From Ilumatobacteraceae bacterium (lineage in GTDB: Bacteria > Actinomycetota > Acidimicrobiia > Acidimicrobiales > Ilumatobacteraceae): a stretch of DNA of 64,000 bases. Position 1 is the first letter of the stretch. Each line of letters starts with the position of its first letter. Below are positions 16,971 to 24,802 of this stretch, in pieces. The DNA lies in NCBI GenBank assembly GCA_963716235.1, contig CAVQTE010000017.1, positions 26,295 through 90,294 of the forward strand. Reading direction: 5' to 3'. The translations under genes were made by a program, and so were the position numbers. Under the pieces are notes generated by a model. The model saw nothing but the letters and a program-made list of their open reading frames with translations, did not search any database and was not told where the DNA came from.

Positions 16971-18397
16971 TCGGTGAGGTCGAATCGCAGCCAGAGCTGA
17001 CGGATCGAACCGAGTCCGATCGGGGCGAGCGCCTCACCGTCGAGATCCTTCGGCATCCGATCCATGTCGATCCGGACGTTGCGGAACACCTCGCTGAGCA
17101 CCTGCGCACCGATGACGGTCTCCTGTTCGGAGATCCACGCGCCGGGGCACAGGTGTGGCCCGACGCCGAATGCCATGTGGCTGCTGCGCCCCTCCTTGTC
17201 GTGGCCCGACCGCAGGATCTTGTCGCTGTAGAGGTCGGCTCGGTTGATGTCGAACCGCTCGGGCTCGCTGAAGATGCTGTCGTCGTGGTTCGCCGACACA
17301 TCGACCATGTGGACGAGCGAGCCGGCCGGGATCACGACGCCGTGCATCTCGACGTCGAACGTGTTGTGTCGTGGCTGGCCGCCGATGGAGGTGGAGTGTC
17401 GGAGCATCTCGTGGAAGGCGGCGTTCCAGAGGTCGGGGTCCTCGATGACCGCGGCGTATTGCTCTGGATGCTGCAGGAGGAGGTACCAGAGGTTCATGAT
17501 CGCGCCGCGGGTCGTCTCTCCACCGCCGCCGACGACGAGGGCCACGAACGACGTGATCTCCTCGGTCGACATGACGTCGCCGTCGATCTCGGCGTGGCAG
17601 AGTTCGGAGACGATGTCCATGCAGATCTGCTGACCGGCCTCGTCGTAGAGGTACGTCGGAGCGGTCCGCCGTTGTTCGACCAGCGATCCCACGTAGTGCT
17701 CGAGGTCCTCACGGGCGACGAGACCGTCGTGGTGGGTGTCGCTACCCCCGAGCCCTGACATCATCGCGTCGTACCACCAGGTGAACTGCTGACGGGCGTC
17801 CTGGGGGATGCCGAGCACCTGGGCGACCACGCTGATCGGGAACTCATTGGCGAAACACCGGCCGAGCTCGATGACCACGGTGCCGTCGTCGAACTCGACG
17901 CCCTTCGGGTTGCCGGGCAGCCACCACTGCTCGATCAGCTCCTGGGCGAGTTGGCGAAGTGCCGGTAGTCGCTTGGTCAGCGCGGCACCCACGAGGTGGC
18001 GGCCGTAGATGTTGCGGCGGCGGCGGTGTTCGATGCCGCTGAGCTCGAGCTGGGTGTTGCCGAGCACCCCCGAGGACGACCCCTTGGGAATCGTGTTGAA
18101 CCCGACCTCGTCGAAGTAGCAGGCCGCGATGTCGCGGTAGCGGGTCACGTAGTAGCAGTTGTGCAGGCGATCGTGGAAGACCGGATAGTGATCACGCAGG
18201 ATCCGGTAGTACGGATACGGGTTGCGGCGGAACTCGCTGCTGTCGAAGATCCGCGGGTCGAACAGCGGGGTGCCGTCGTCGGCGTGTCCCATGTCGACGG
18301 CCTGACCGATCGGCATGTGGTCGAACTTCGCGCGGGCGCCGTCGGTCGCGTCGAGATCGATCGTCGCCGTGCGGGCAGCATCGAACGGGTTGGTCAC
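16967..18397 (-). CDS. Cytochrome P450
   Basis: The heme loop FGVGPHLCPG is present. GTG 18397 overlaps the upstream P450 stop (GTGA). The rest of the 757-aa ORF upstream is non-coding-looking. Confidence 0.85.
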   Translation of the reverse strand: MTNPFDAARTATIDLDATDGARAKFDHMPIGQAVDMGHADDGTPLFDPRIFDSSEFRRNPYPYYRILRDHYPVFHDRLHNCYYVTRYRDIAACYFDEVGFNTIPKGSSSGVLGNTQLELSGIEHRRRRNIYGRHLVGAALTKRLPALRQLAQELIEQWWLPGNPKGVEFDDGTVVIELGRCFANEFPISVVAQVLGIPQDARQQFTWWYDAMMSGLGGSDTHHDGLVAREDLEHYVGSLVEQRRTAPTYLYDEAGQQICMDIVSELCHAEIDGDVMSTEEITSFVALVVGGGGETTRGAIMNLWYLLLQHPEQYAAVIEDPDLWNAAFHEMLRHSTSIGGQPRHNTFDVEMHGVVIPAGSLVHMVDVSANHDDSIFSEPERFDINRADLYSDKILRSGHDKEGRSSHMAFGVGPHLCPGAWISEQETVIGAQVLSEVFRNVRIDMDRMPKDLDGEALAPIGLGSIRQLWLRFDLTE

Positions 18398-19683
18398 GTC
18401 GTTGCCTCGTCTTCGGGACGGAACCCGATCCTGAGTTCCTTCAGCGCCCGTAGGAAGTAGTTCGGGGCGATCGTCAGGTCGGTGTCGGGGAGGAACCACA
18501 TCTCGTCGATGCGCCGGGCCAACGCCTCGAAACCGAAGAACAGCTCCCGGCGCGCGAGTGGCGCCCCCATGCAGAAATGGGTGCCGAACCCGAAGGTGAC
18601 GTGCTTCTTGGCGTCGGCACGATCGAGGTCGAACCGGGCTGGCTGTTCGAAGACACGCTCGTCGCGGTTGGCGGCCGCATAACCGATCAGCACGCTCGAG
18701 CCGGCCGGGATCGTCACGCCGTGCAGTTCGACGTCGACGGCAGCAGTCCGAGTGAGACGCTGGACCGGTGATTCCAGCCGCAGCACTTCTTCGACCAGCG
18801 CCGGCAGGTACGTGTCGGGATCGCTCTTCAGCCGATCCCACTGATCGGGGTGTTCGATGAGCAGCCGAACGCCGCCCGACAGCGCGTTCGTGGTGGTCTC
18901 CGAACCGCCGACGAACGTATCGGCCATCATCTCGGCGTGCAGCTCCTCGTCGGTGAGGCAGCGCCCCCACTCCGGGATCGGGGTATTGACGAGGTCGGAG
19001 AGCAACGTGTCGTCGGGCTCGACGCGGAGCCGCTCGAAGATCGGTTGGAAGTAGTGCTGGGCCTCGATCTCCATCTCCGTCGACCAGACGACCTCCTCCG
19101 GCGTCTGCATCAGGCCGAGCCGTTGCACCCAGGCGTCGGTCCATGCCTTGATCCGCCAGATGTCGTCGGGGTTGGCGCCCATCTGAACGCCGATGATGAC
19201 CAGCGGCAGCGGCACGGCGAACTGGCTCACCCAGTCGCACATACCGTCCTCGATGAACGCGTCGATGAGCTCGTCGGCGAGTGTGCTGATCTTCGGTTCG
19301 AGCTCCGCAATGCGCTTCGGGCGGAACGCGTGGTTGAACAGGTTGCGCATCTCACGGTGATTGGGGTCGTCGCGCCCTGCGAGTGTCGGCGCCGGCACCC
19401 ACCCCTTCTCCTCGTAGAGCGCGAGGATCTTGGGCGAGATGGTACGAGCGCGCTTGTTGGCCGAACGCGAGTTGACGAAACGCTCGGCGTCCATGAGCAC
19501 CGCGCGGACGTCGTCGTAGCGGGTGACGACATAGGCCTGCAGGCGCTCGTCGAACCAGACCGGTGCCTCGTCGCGCATCGTGCGGTAGGCGCCGTACGGG
19601 CAGTCGTTGATCTGCGGGTCGAAGAAGTTCACGTCGGCGAGCGCGATCGGTTCGTCGATTGCCAGCTCGTCTGCCTCCGACAT
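18394..19683 (-). CDS. Cytochrome P450
   Basis: The start MSEADELAIDEP is at ATG 19683, preceded by the SD GAGGGGG. The heme loop is FGFGTHFCMGAPLAR and the ExxR motif is EEVLRLESP. Confidence 0.9.
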   Translation of the reverse strand: MSEADELAIDEPIALADVNFFDPQINDCPYGAYRTMRDEAPVWFDERLQAYVVTRYDDVRAVLMDAERFVNSRSANKRARTISPKILALYEEKGWVPAPTLAGRDDPNHREMRNLFNHAFRPKRIAELEPKISTLADELIDAFIEDGMCDWVSQFAVPLPLVIIGVQMGANPDDIWRIKAWTDAWVQRLGLMQTPEEVVWSTEMEIEAQHYFQPIFERLRVEPDDTLLSDLVNTPIPEWGRCLTDEELHAEMMADTFVGGSETTTNALSGGVRLLIEHPDQWDRLKSDPDTYLPALVEEVLRLESPVQRLTRTAAVDVELHGVTIPAGSSVLIGYAAANRDERVFEQPARFDLDRADAKKHVTFGFGTHFCMGAPLARRELFFGFEALARRIDEMWFLPDTDLTIAPNYFLRALKELRIGFRPEDEATT

Positions 19684-19696
19684 CGTGCCCCCTCGT

Positions 19697-19729
19697 GTAA
19701 CACCTGGTGTCAGACACCAGTAGTAACAC
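19697..19729. promoter_or_regulatory. Candidate operator upstream of the P450 operon
   Basis: GTAACAC-CTGGTGTC-A-GACACCAG-TA-GTAACAC: a perfect 8+1+8 palindrome flanked by a direct GTAACAC repeat. It lies 14-46 nt upstream of the first P450 start codon. Confidence 0.3.
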
Positions 19730-19757
19730 GGAGGCGATCTGATCTCGGCGTCGGACG

Positions 19758-20810
19758 TCAGCGACGCCAGGCGCTCCCGCGGCCGGCAATCAGCGGCAGG
19801 TCGAGGAACGTCTTCACACCCGGGCCTGCAGCCACCACGTACGGGATGGCATTGATCGCGTGTGCTGCAGTCGACCCGAGGACGTCGCGATTCCACGAGT
19901 GCGGGAGCGTCAGCTGCATCTCGGGCTCGCCGGTGATCCGGATCGACCAGTCACCCTGCGGCCAGTCGGGTGCTGCGTGACGATGCATTCGCCACACGGT
20001 CTCCTGATGGACCAGGGCGCGCCCACCCGCCAGTGCTCGCCATTGCCAACGCTGCCCGGCGACCGTCCCCGCGTCGACGGTGCCGGCCGCGGTGTCGAGC
20101 TCGGCGGTGGCGACCCACGTCTCCATCTCCGAGGACACCTCGTCGATCTCGGCATCGATCCCGTCGGCCACCATCTGGACGGCCTCGGTGAAGAGCCCGT
20201 CGAGCCAGGTGCGATGGCGCTCCGATCGCAACGTGAACTCCTCGGGCGTGCGGCCGAAGTTCATCATCTCGAACATGATCTCGGGCGATGGGTAGTACTG
20301 GAAGTTGCTGATCTCCTGCACGGCGATCTGATCGATGCGCAGCGAGAGACCCGACATGAGCAGTGGGAGGAGATCGCCGAACCATCCCGGGTTGGCGCCC
20401 GTTCCATGGAACGCGACCCCACCCGCGCCGCAGGCGCTCGACAGTCGGTGCATGACGTCGTCGCCGTAGACCTTCGGGTACATGTAGCCGACGGTCGTGA
20501 TGACGTGCTTGCGACTGGCGAGCAGTCGGCAGAAGTCGTCGAGGTCGGCCCCCGGGTCATCGCCGTACACGAGCGACGGCAGCGGCATGTGGAGCACCAC
20601 ATCGGCCTCGAGCGCCAGAATCTCCTCGACGTCATCGGTGGCCGTCACGCCCAGATCGGCGATACCGGCAAGCTGCCCGATGTCGCGCCCGACCTTGTCC
20701 GGGTTGTTGACGAGCAATCCGACGATCTCCATGTCGGGGCGTCCGGCGACGGCCGCGATCGACGCGCGCCCGACGTTCCCGCTCCCCCATTGCACGACCC
20801 TGATCGTCAT
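19758..20810 (-). CDS. DapB-N-like NAD(P)-binding oxidoreductase (dihydrodipicolinate reductase-like family)
   Basis: 350 aa with the N-terminal motif IRVVQWGSGNVGR and a later block HGTGANPGWF. Confidence 0.75.
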   Translation of the reverse strand: MTIRVVQWGSGNVGRASIAAVAGRPDMEIVGLLVNNPDKVGRDIGQLAGIADLGVTATDDVEEILALEADVVLHMPLPSLVYGDDPGADLDDFCRLLASRKHVITTVGYMYPKVYGDDVMHRLSSACGAGGVAFHGTGANPGWFGDLLPLLMSGLSLRIDQIAVQEISNFQYYPSPEIMFEMMNFGRTPEEFTLRSERHRTWLDGLFTEAVQMVADGIDAEIDEVSSEMETWVATAELDTAAGTVDAGTVAGQRWQWRALAGGRALVHQETVWRMHRHAAPDWPQGDWSIRITGEPEMQLTLPHSWNRDVLGSTAAHAINAIPYVVAAGPGVKTFLDLPLIAGRGSAWRR

Positions 20811-20932
20811 ACGGACACCGTAGGCGACCGACGTATCGGCTCGAACCAGCCGACCTCGACGACTCCTGCACGATCAGTGCGCGATCCGTGCCGGTTTGCG
20901 GGACCCTGGACGCACTGATCCTGCATAACGCA

Positions 20933-20958
20933 AGAAACCCCTGCACTGCAGGGGTTTC
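20933..20958 (-). terminator. Intrinsic terminator after tRNA-Gly
   Basis: AGAAACCCCTGCA-C-TGCAGGGGTTTCT inverted repeat. On the minus strand it is followed by TTTCTTG. Confidence 0.6.
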
Positions 20959-21034
20959 TGGAGCGGACGACCGGGATCGAACCGGCGACCTCAACCTTGG
21001 CAAGGTTGCGCTCTACCAACTGAGCCACGTCCGC
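20959..21034 (-). tRNA. tRNA-Gly (GCC)
   Basis: The reverse complement is GCGGACGTGGCTCAGTTGGTAGAGCGCAACCTTGCCAAGGTTGAGGTCGCCGGTTCGATCCCGGTCGTCCGCTCCA. The anticodon loop is CTTGCCAAG, with a canonical D loop and T loop. Confidence 0.9.
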
Positions 21035-21097
21035 GAGGAACGCACAATGTAGCAGTCGTGACCCCGGATCGGACAACGAGATCCATGGCAGATCTGA

Positions 21098-21322
21098 TCA
21101 GCGCTGTTCGGGCGGTCGCAGATCGATCCGTAGCGTCAGCACGCCGTCGTCGAGGCTGACCTCGGCATCGCCGAGCATCGCGAAATCCTGGAAGTCGAGC
21201 TTCGACTGTTCGATGAAGTGGCGCCGCCCCTCCCCCTCGACGGGCGGCATCGGACGCTTCTTCACCGCTGCCGCGCGCTCTTTGAACCGTTGGACCATCT
21301 CGTCGGGATCGAAGGTTGCCAC
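21098..21322 (-). CDS. Small hypothetical protein
   Basis: GTG 21322 lies 11 nt after the upstream TAA. No recognisable motif. The longer ORF-track version (to 21409) would overlap the upstream gene. Confidence 0.35.
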   Translation of the reverse strand: MATFDPDEMVQRFKERAAAVKKRPMPPVEGEGRRHFIEQSKLDFQDFAMLGDAEVSLDDGVLTLRIDLRPPEQR

Positions 21323-21332
21323 GTCGACGACC

Positions 21333-21917
21333 TTAGGCGACGCCGTCCGGCGAACCCTCGACAACTTCTGGCGAACCCTCGACGACGATTGACGACCCCT
21401 CGGCTTCATCTGGCGAACCCTCGATCATGTCGAGCAGATCCGGGCGATCGATCCCCTTCGGTGTCGGTGTCCTCGACTCCGGTGTCGGGGGAGCGAGATC
21501 GCTCATCGAGGGTCCGACGGACTGCGTCGAGGGTTCGAGATCGCTCATCGAGGCGACGGGGCGCTCGGCCAACTCGAACTCGGCATCGAGGTTCGGCGGT
21601 GACGGCTCGTGGCGCAGCGGCTCGGCACCCGCGGGACGTACCTCATCGAGCACACGGCGCTGCGTCGCAGGGTCACGCTGACGGCGCCACTCCTTGTCGC
21701 CCATGCGCTCGAGCGGCGCGAGGACGGGCGGGTCGTACCTCGTCTGACGAAACAGCCAGATTCCCAACAGGACGAAGAGGACACCGATCGCAACGAGGCC
21801 GGCCACCATCGCGTAGACCAGCCGCGTCGAACCTGGGTCACCCGCACCCAGCAACAACGGTGCTGCGATCACCGAACCGCGCACGGCGTTCGACAACGGA
21901 GTGGTGAGTTCTCGCAC
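21333..21917 (-). CDS. Membrane protein with repeat-rich acidic C-terminus
   Basis: TM helix LVYAMVAGLVAIGVLFVLLGIWLF. The tail carries duplicated SMSDL(E/A)P and EGSP(D/E) units. The start is uncertain (GTG 21917 chosen; the ORF extends to 21992 and would overlap nei). Confidence 0.5.
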   Translation of the reverse strand: MRELTTPLSNAVRGSVIAAPLLLGAGDPGSTRLVYAMVAGLVAIGVLFVLLGIWLFRQTRYDPPVLAPLERMGDKEWRRQRDPATQRRVLDEVRPAGAEPLRHEPSPPNLDAEFELAERPVASMSDLEPSTQSVGPSMSDLAPPTPESRTPTPKGIDRPDLLDMIEGSPDEAEGSSIVVEGSPEVVEGSPDGVA

Positions 21918-21967
21918 GGAACCGAGATTGTGCCAGTTTCGAACACGGTTGTGTCGGATCACGTACG

Positions 21968-22735
21968 TCACCTCTGGTGCATCGGGCACCACACGGCAGT
22001 ACGACCACCGATGGTGTCTCGCCGCAACGGGCCGCCGTCGCGGTCACATGGCGGACATTGGGCGCGCACCGCCGGCGACAGGGTGCCACGGTGACTTCCG
22101 CCTCGCCGCAGCATGATCGGCAGGCGGCGACGAATCGCGTGTGCCAATCGGTCGATCTCGCCATCGTCGAGACCGTCCGCCGGGCGCCGTGGGTCGATCC
22201 CCGCCCACCAGAGCACCTCGTCGGCGCACAGGTTCCCGAGCCCGGCGATGGCAGTCTGGTCGAGGAGCACTGTCTTGATCGCCGGTCTGCGCCCGGCAAG
22301 TGCCTGGCGCAGTCGCGCAGCAGTGACCGACGTGAAGTCGACACCGAGTGCCGAGACGTCGGGATCGAGACTGAGACGGCCGAGCCGGCGCGGGTCGTTG
22401 AATCTGATCGCCGGAACGTCGCCGCCGGTGGACACCCGCAGCCGATCCCAATCGGGGTCGTCGCGATCCGAGGCGTACTGCAGTCGGGCGATCGGAGCGA
22501 CACCGTCGATGACCACCCGGCCGGTCATCCCGAAGTGCAGGCCGATCGTCGGGCCATCGGTGTCGACCAGCACGATCTTGCCGGCACGCCTGACCCCGGC
22601 GATCGTGGCGCCGATGACCACGTCGGCGAACCCAGGCACGGCGACACGCTCGTCGACCCACGCCTGCTCGATGGTTCGACCGACGGTGACCTCGATCGCC
22701 GATCGCCAGATCTCCGCTTCGAGCCCCTCCGGCAC
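21968..22735 (-). CDS. nei: Fpg/Nei family DNA glycosylase
   Basis: N-terminal MPEGLEAE (catalytic Pro2/Glu3), an H2TH region and a C-terminal zinc finger CPPCDRDGG...CPMHQ. Confidence 0.85.
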   Translation of the reverse strand: MPEGLEAEIWRSAIEVTVGRTIEQAWVDERVAVPGFADVVIGATIAGVRRAGKIVLVDTDGPTIGLHFGMTGRVVIDGVAPIARLQYASDRDDPDWDRLRVSTGGDVPAIRFNDPRRLGRLSLDPDVSALGVDFTSVTAARLRQALAGRRPAIKTVLLDQTAIAGLGNLCADEVLWWAGIDPRRPADGLDDGEIDRLAHAIRRRLPIMLRRGGSHRGTLSPAVRAQCPPCDRDGGPLRRDTIGGRTAVWCPMHQR

Positions 22736-22756
22736 CGCTGCGACTCCTGGTGTCTC

Positions 22757-23941
22757 TCAGCTGTCGGACTTGGCGACGGAGGCGATGAACCGTTCGATCG
22801 GCTCATCGAGCTGATCGCTGTTGATCAGGAACGCGTCGTGGCCGTGCGGCGAGTCGATCTCGACGTACTCGCTCGGCACACCGTTGGCGAGCAAAGTGTG
22901 ATGAATCTGTTGCTGCTGATACGCCGGATAGAGCATGTCGCTCCAGATCCCGACCGCCATGGTCGGCGCCGTCACCCGCAGCATCGCCCGATCCAGCGAT
23001 CCGCGCCCGCGAGCCACATCGTGGAGGTCCATGGCCTTGCCGATGGCCAGATAGCTGTTCGTGTCGAACCGGCGCGCCAGTTTCTGGCCGTGGTACTCGA
23101 GATAGCGCTCGACCTCGAACCGCTGCCACATCCCGAGCGTGTCGCCGACGGCGGCCTTGTCGGCGAGTTCGCGACCGAACCGGTCGGTGAAGACGTTGTC
23201 GCTGCGGAATGTCACCTGCGCAACCATGCGCGCGATCTCGAGTCCCTCGGCCGGGCCGTCGCCGGGTTCGGCGTCGTAGTAGTCACCGCTGCGCCACTTG
23301 GGGTCGAGGCGGATCGCCCGTCGACCGATGGCACCCCACGCGATCTGCTGAGCGGTTGCTTGCATGCAGGTGGCGATCGCCACGAGCGACCTGACCCGAC
23401 GGGGATACATCACGGCCCATTCGAGCGCCTGCATGCCGCCCATGGAGCCGCCGACCACCGCCAGCCAGCGTGGCACACCCAAGTGCTCCATGAGCCGGGC
23501 CTGTGAGCGGACCATGTCGCGGATGGTGACGACCGGGAACCTCGATCCGTACGGGCGTCCGTCGATGGGGTGAGGCGATGCCGGGCCGGTCGAGCCCTGG
23601 CATCCACCCAACACGTTGGCGCACACGACGAAGTACCGGTCGGTGTCGATCGGCTTGCCCGGCCCGACCGTCTCGTCCCACCATCCAGCCGTGGGGTGAC
23701 CTCGACCGGCGGGACCGGCGGCATGGCTGTCGCCCGTCCAGGCGTGACACAGCAAGATCGCATTGGCACCATCGGCGTCGAGTTGACCCCACGTCTCGTA
23801 GGCAACGGTCACGTCCGACAGTGCAACACCGCAGTCGAGCGCAAACCGGCGGTCGGTCGCGAAGGTGAAGAACCGGCGATGCCCTGGCTCGTCGCCGGGC
23901 CTCCAGGCGCCGGTCACGGGAAGAGGGCGGGCGGTACTCAC
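22757..23941 (-). CDS. metX: Homoserine O-acetyltransferase
   Basis: 394 aa with blocks LLCHAWTGDSHAAG and VVGGSMGGMQALEW, on an alpha/beta-hydrolase fold. Confidence 0.9.
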   Translation of the reverse strand: MSTARPLPVTGAWRPGDEPGHRRFFTFATDRRFALDCGVALSDVTVAYETWGQLDADGANAILLCHAWTGDSHAAGPAGRGHPTAGWWDETVGPGKPIDTDRYFVVCANVLGGCQGSTGPASPHPIDGRPYGSRFPVVTIRDMVRSQARLMEHLGVPRWLAVVGGSMGGMQALEWAVMYPRRVRSLVAIATCMQATAQQIAWGAIGRRAIRLDPKWRSGDYYDAEPGDGPAEGLEIARMVAQVTFRSDNVFTDRFGRELADKAAVGDTLGMWQRFEVERYLEYHGQKLARRFDTNSYLAIGKAMDLHDVARGRGSLDRAMLRVTAPTMAVGIWSDMLYPAYQQQQIHHTLLANGVPSEYVEIDSPHGHDAFLINSDQLDEPIERFIASVAKSDS

Positions 23942-24426
23942 GGAAATGACACGGTACCGATGACCGGCTGGGCGAAGGTCATGCGTTGTTCGAATCCGGC
24001 TTCGTACGGCATGAACCCGTTGCGGTCAGGATAGAGCAGCTGCACGATCTCGAACGGAGCGCCTCGGTACCAGGCCGCTGCGGTCGAGAACCACGGCCCC
24101 CACCGGACCAGGTCGATGGGCGCGAACATGCAGCGCAGATCGTTGTCGAGCAACCCAACGAGTTCGACACCGAGCGGAATCTCGGTGCCGCCACGACACG
24201 CATCGGCGACGAGCGTGACGAGACCGTTGGCAGCAACCGGAGTCAGCCCGAACACGGCGACGTCGGGAAAGCCGACCGCTGCGGGCATCCCGATCGAATA
24301 GGCGTAGCCGGGTGTGGGTGGTTCGGCCTCGACGTCGGCGGCGATCGGCTCCAGCGCCCATCCGGTCGTTGCGATCATCCATTCGATCTTCTCGGCGTGC
24401 GGGATGTGAAAGTCCGGCAACTCCAT
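23938..24426 (-). CDS. DUF4262-like protein
   Basis: 162 aa. Its stop overlaps the metX GTG (GTGA). The family assignment comes from my recollection of the sequence pattern only. Confidence 0.6.
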   Translation of the reverse strand: MELPDFHIPHAEKIEWMIATTGWALEPIAADVEAEPPTPGYAYSIGMPAAVGFPDVAVFGLTPVAANGLVTLVADACRGGTEIPLGVELVGLLDNDLRCMFAPIDLVRWGPWFSTAAAWYRGAPFEIVQLLYPDRNGFMPYEAGFEQRMTFAQPVIGTVSFP

Positions 24427-24444
24427 TGCACCAGTCTTGCATCT

Positions 24445-24483
24445 GGGGTCAGACCCCTGTTGCAGGACCCCGAACGTACGGGG
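24445..24483 (-). terminator. Two adjacent hairpins after the cNMP-binding gene
   Basis: CCCCG-aacgta-CGGGG lies immediately after the stop at 24486, followed by GGGGTC-a-GACCCC. There is no clear U-tract. Confidence 0.35.
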
Positions 24484-24485
24484 AA

Positions 24486-24782
24486 TCAGCTTCCGACGCT
24501 GAGCCGGCGGATCAGGTGCGACATCGAGCGCATCACGTCGAGCGCGAACGTCGGTGTCTCGTGGACGAGGTACAGGAAGTCACGTTGGTCGATGACCGCG
24601 ATCTCCGACGCTTCGATCGCCACCGCAGTGAGTGTGCGGGGTTCGGCGTCGATGATGGCGAGCTCACCGAACGTTCCGTCGGGTCCGATCCGTTGGAGTG
24701 GCTGGTCGCCGCGACGCAACTCGACCAGTCCGGAGATCACACCGAACATCTCGTTACCCTCGTCGCCGGCTCTGAAGAGCAC
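24486..24782 (-). CDS. Stand-alone cyclic-nucleotide-binding domain protein
   Basis: cNMP-binding beta-barrel blocks (FRAGDEGNEMFGVISG, FGELAII, RTLTAVA). No effector or HTH domain. The start is uncertain: GTG 24782, 24869 or 24962. The longer options overlap the upstream kinase-like gene in another frame and read as Arg/Pro junk. Confidence 0.55.
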   Translation of the reverse strand: MLFRAGDEGNEMFGVISGLVELRRGDQPLQRIGPDGTFGELAIIDAEPRTLTAVAIEASEIAVIDQRDFLYLVHETPTFALDVMRSMSHLIRRLSVGS

Positions 24783-24802
24783 GTCGCCGGCGGCCAGCGC
24801 GG

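Noticed and set aside
21340-21560. Short tandem DNA repeats, considered as a CRISPR or VNTR array. Also the repetitive tracts at 51290-51370 and 63900-63960.
   Set aside because: The units are 15-18 nt with no spacer architecture, and they sit in frame inside coding sequences. They encode EGSP/SMSDL repeats, a poly-Ser/Thr linker and an acidic DVV tail.
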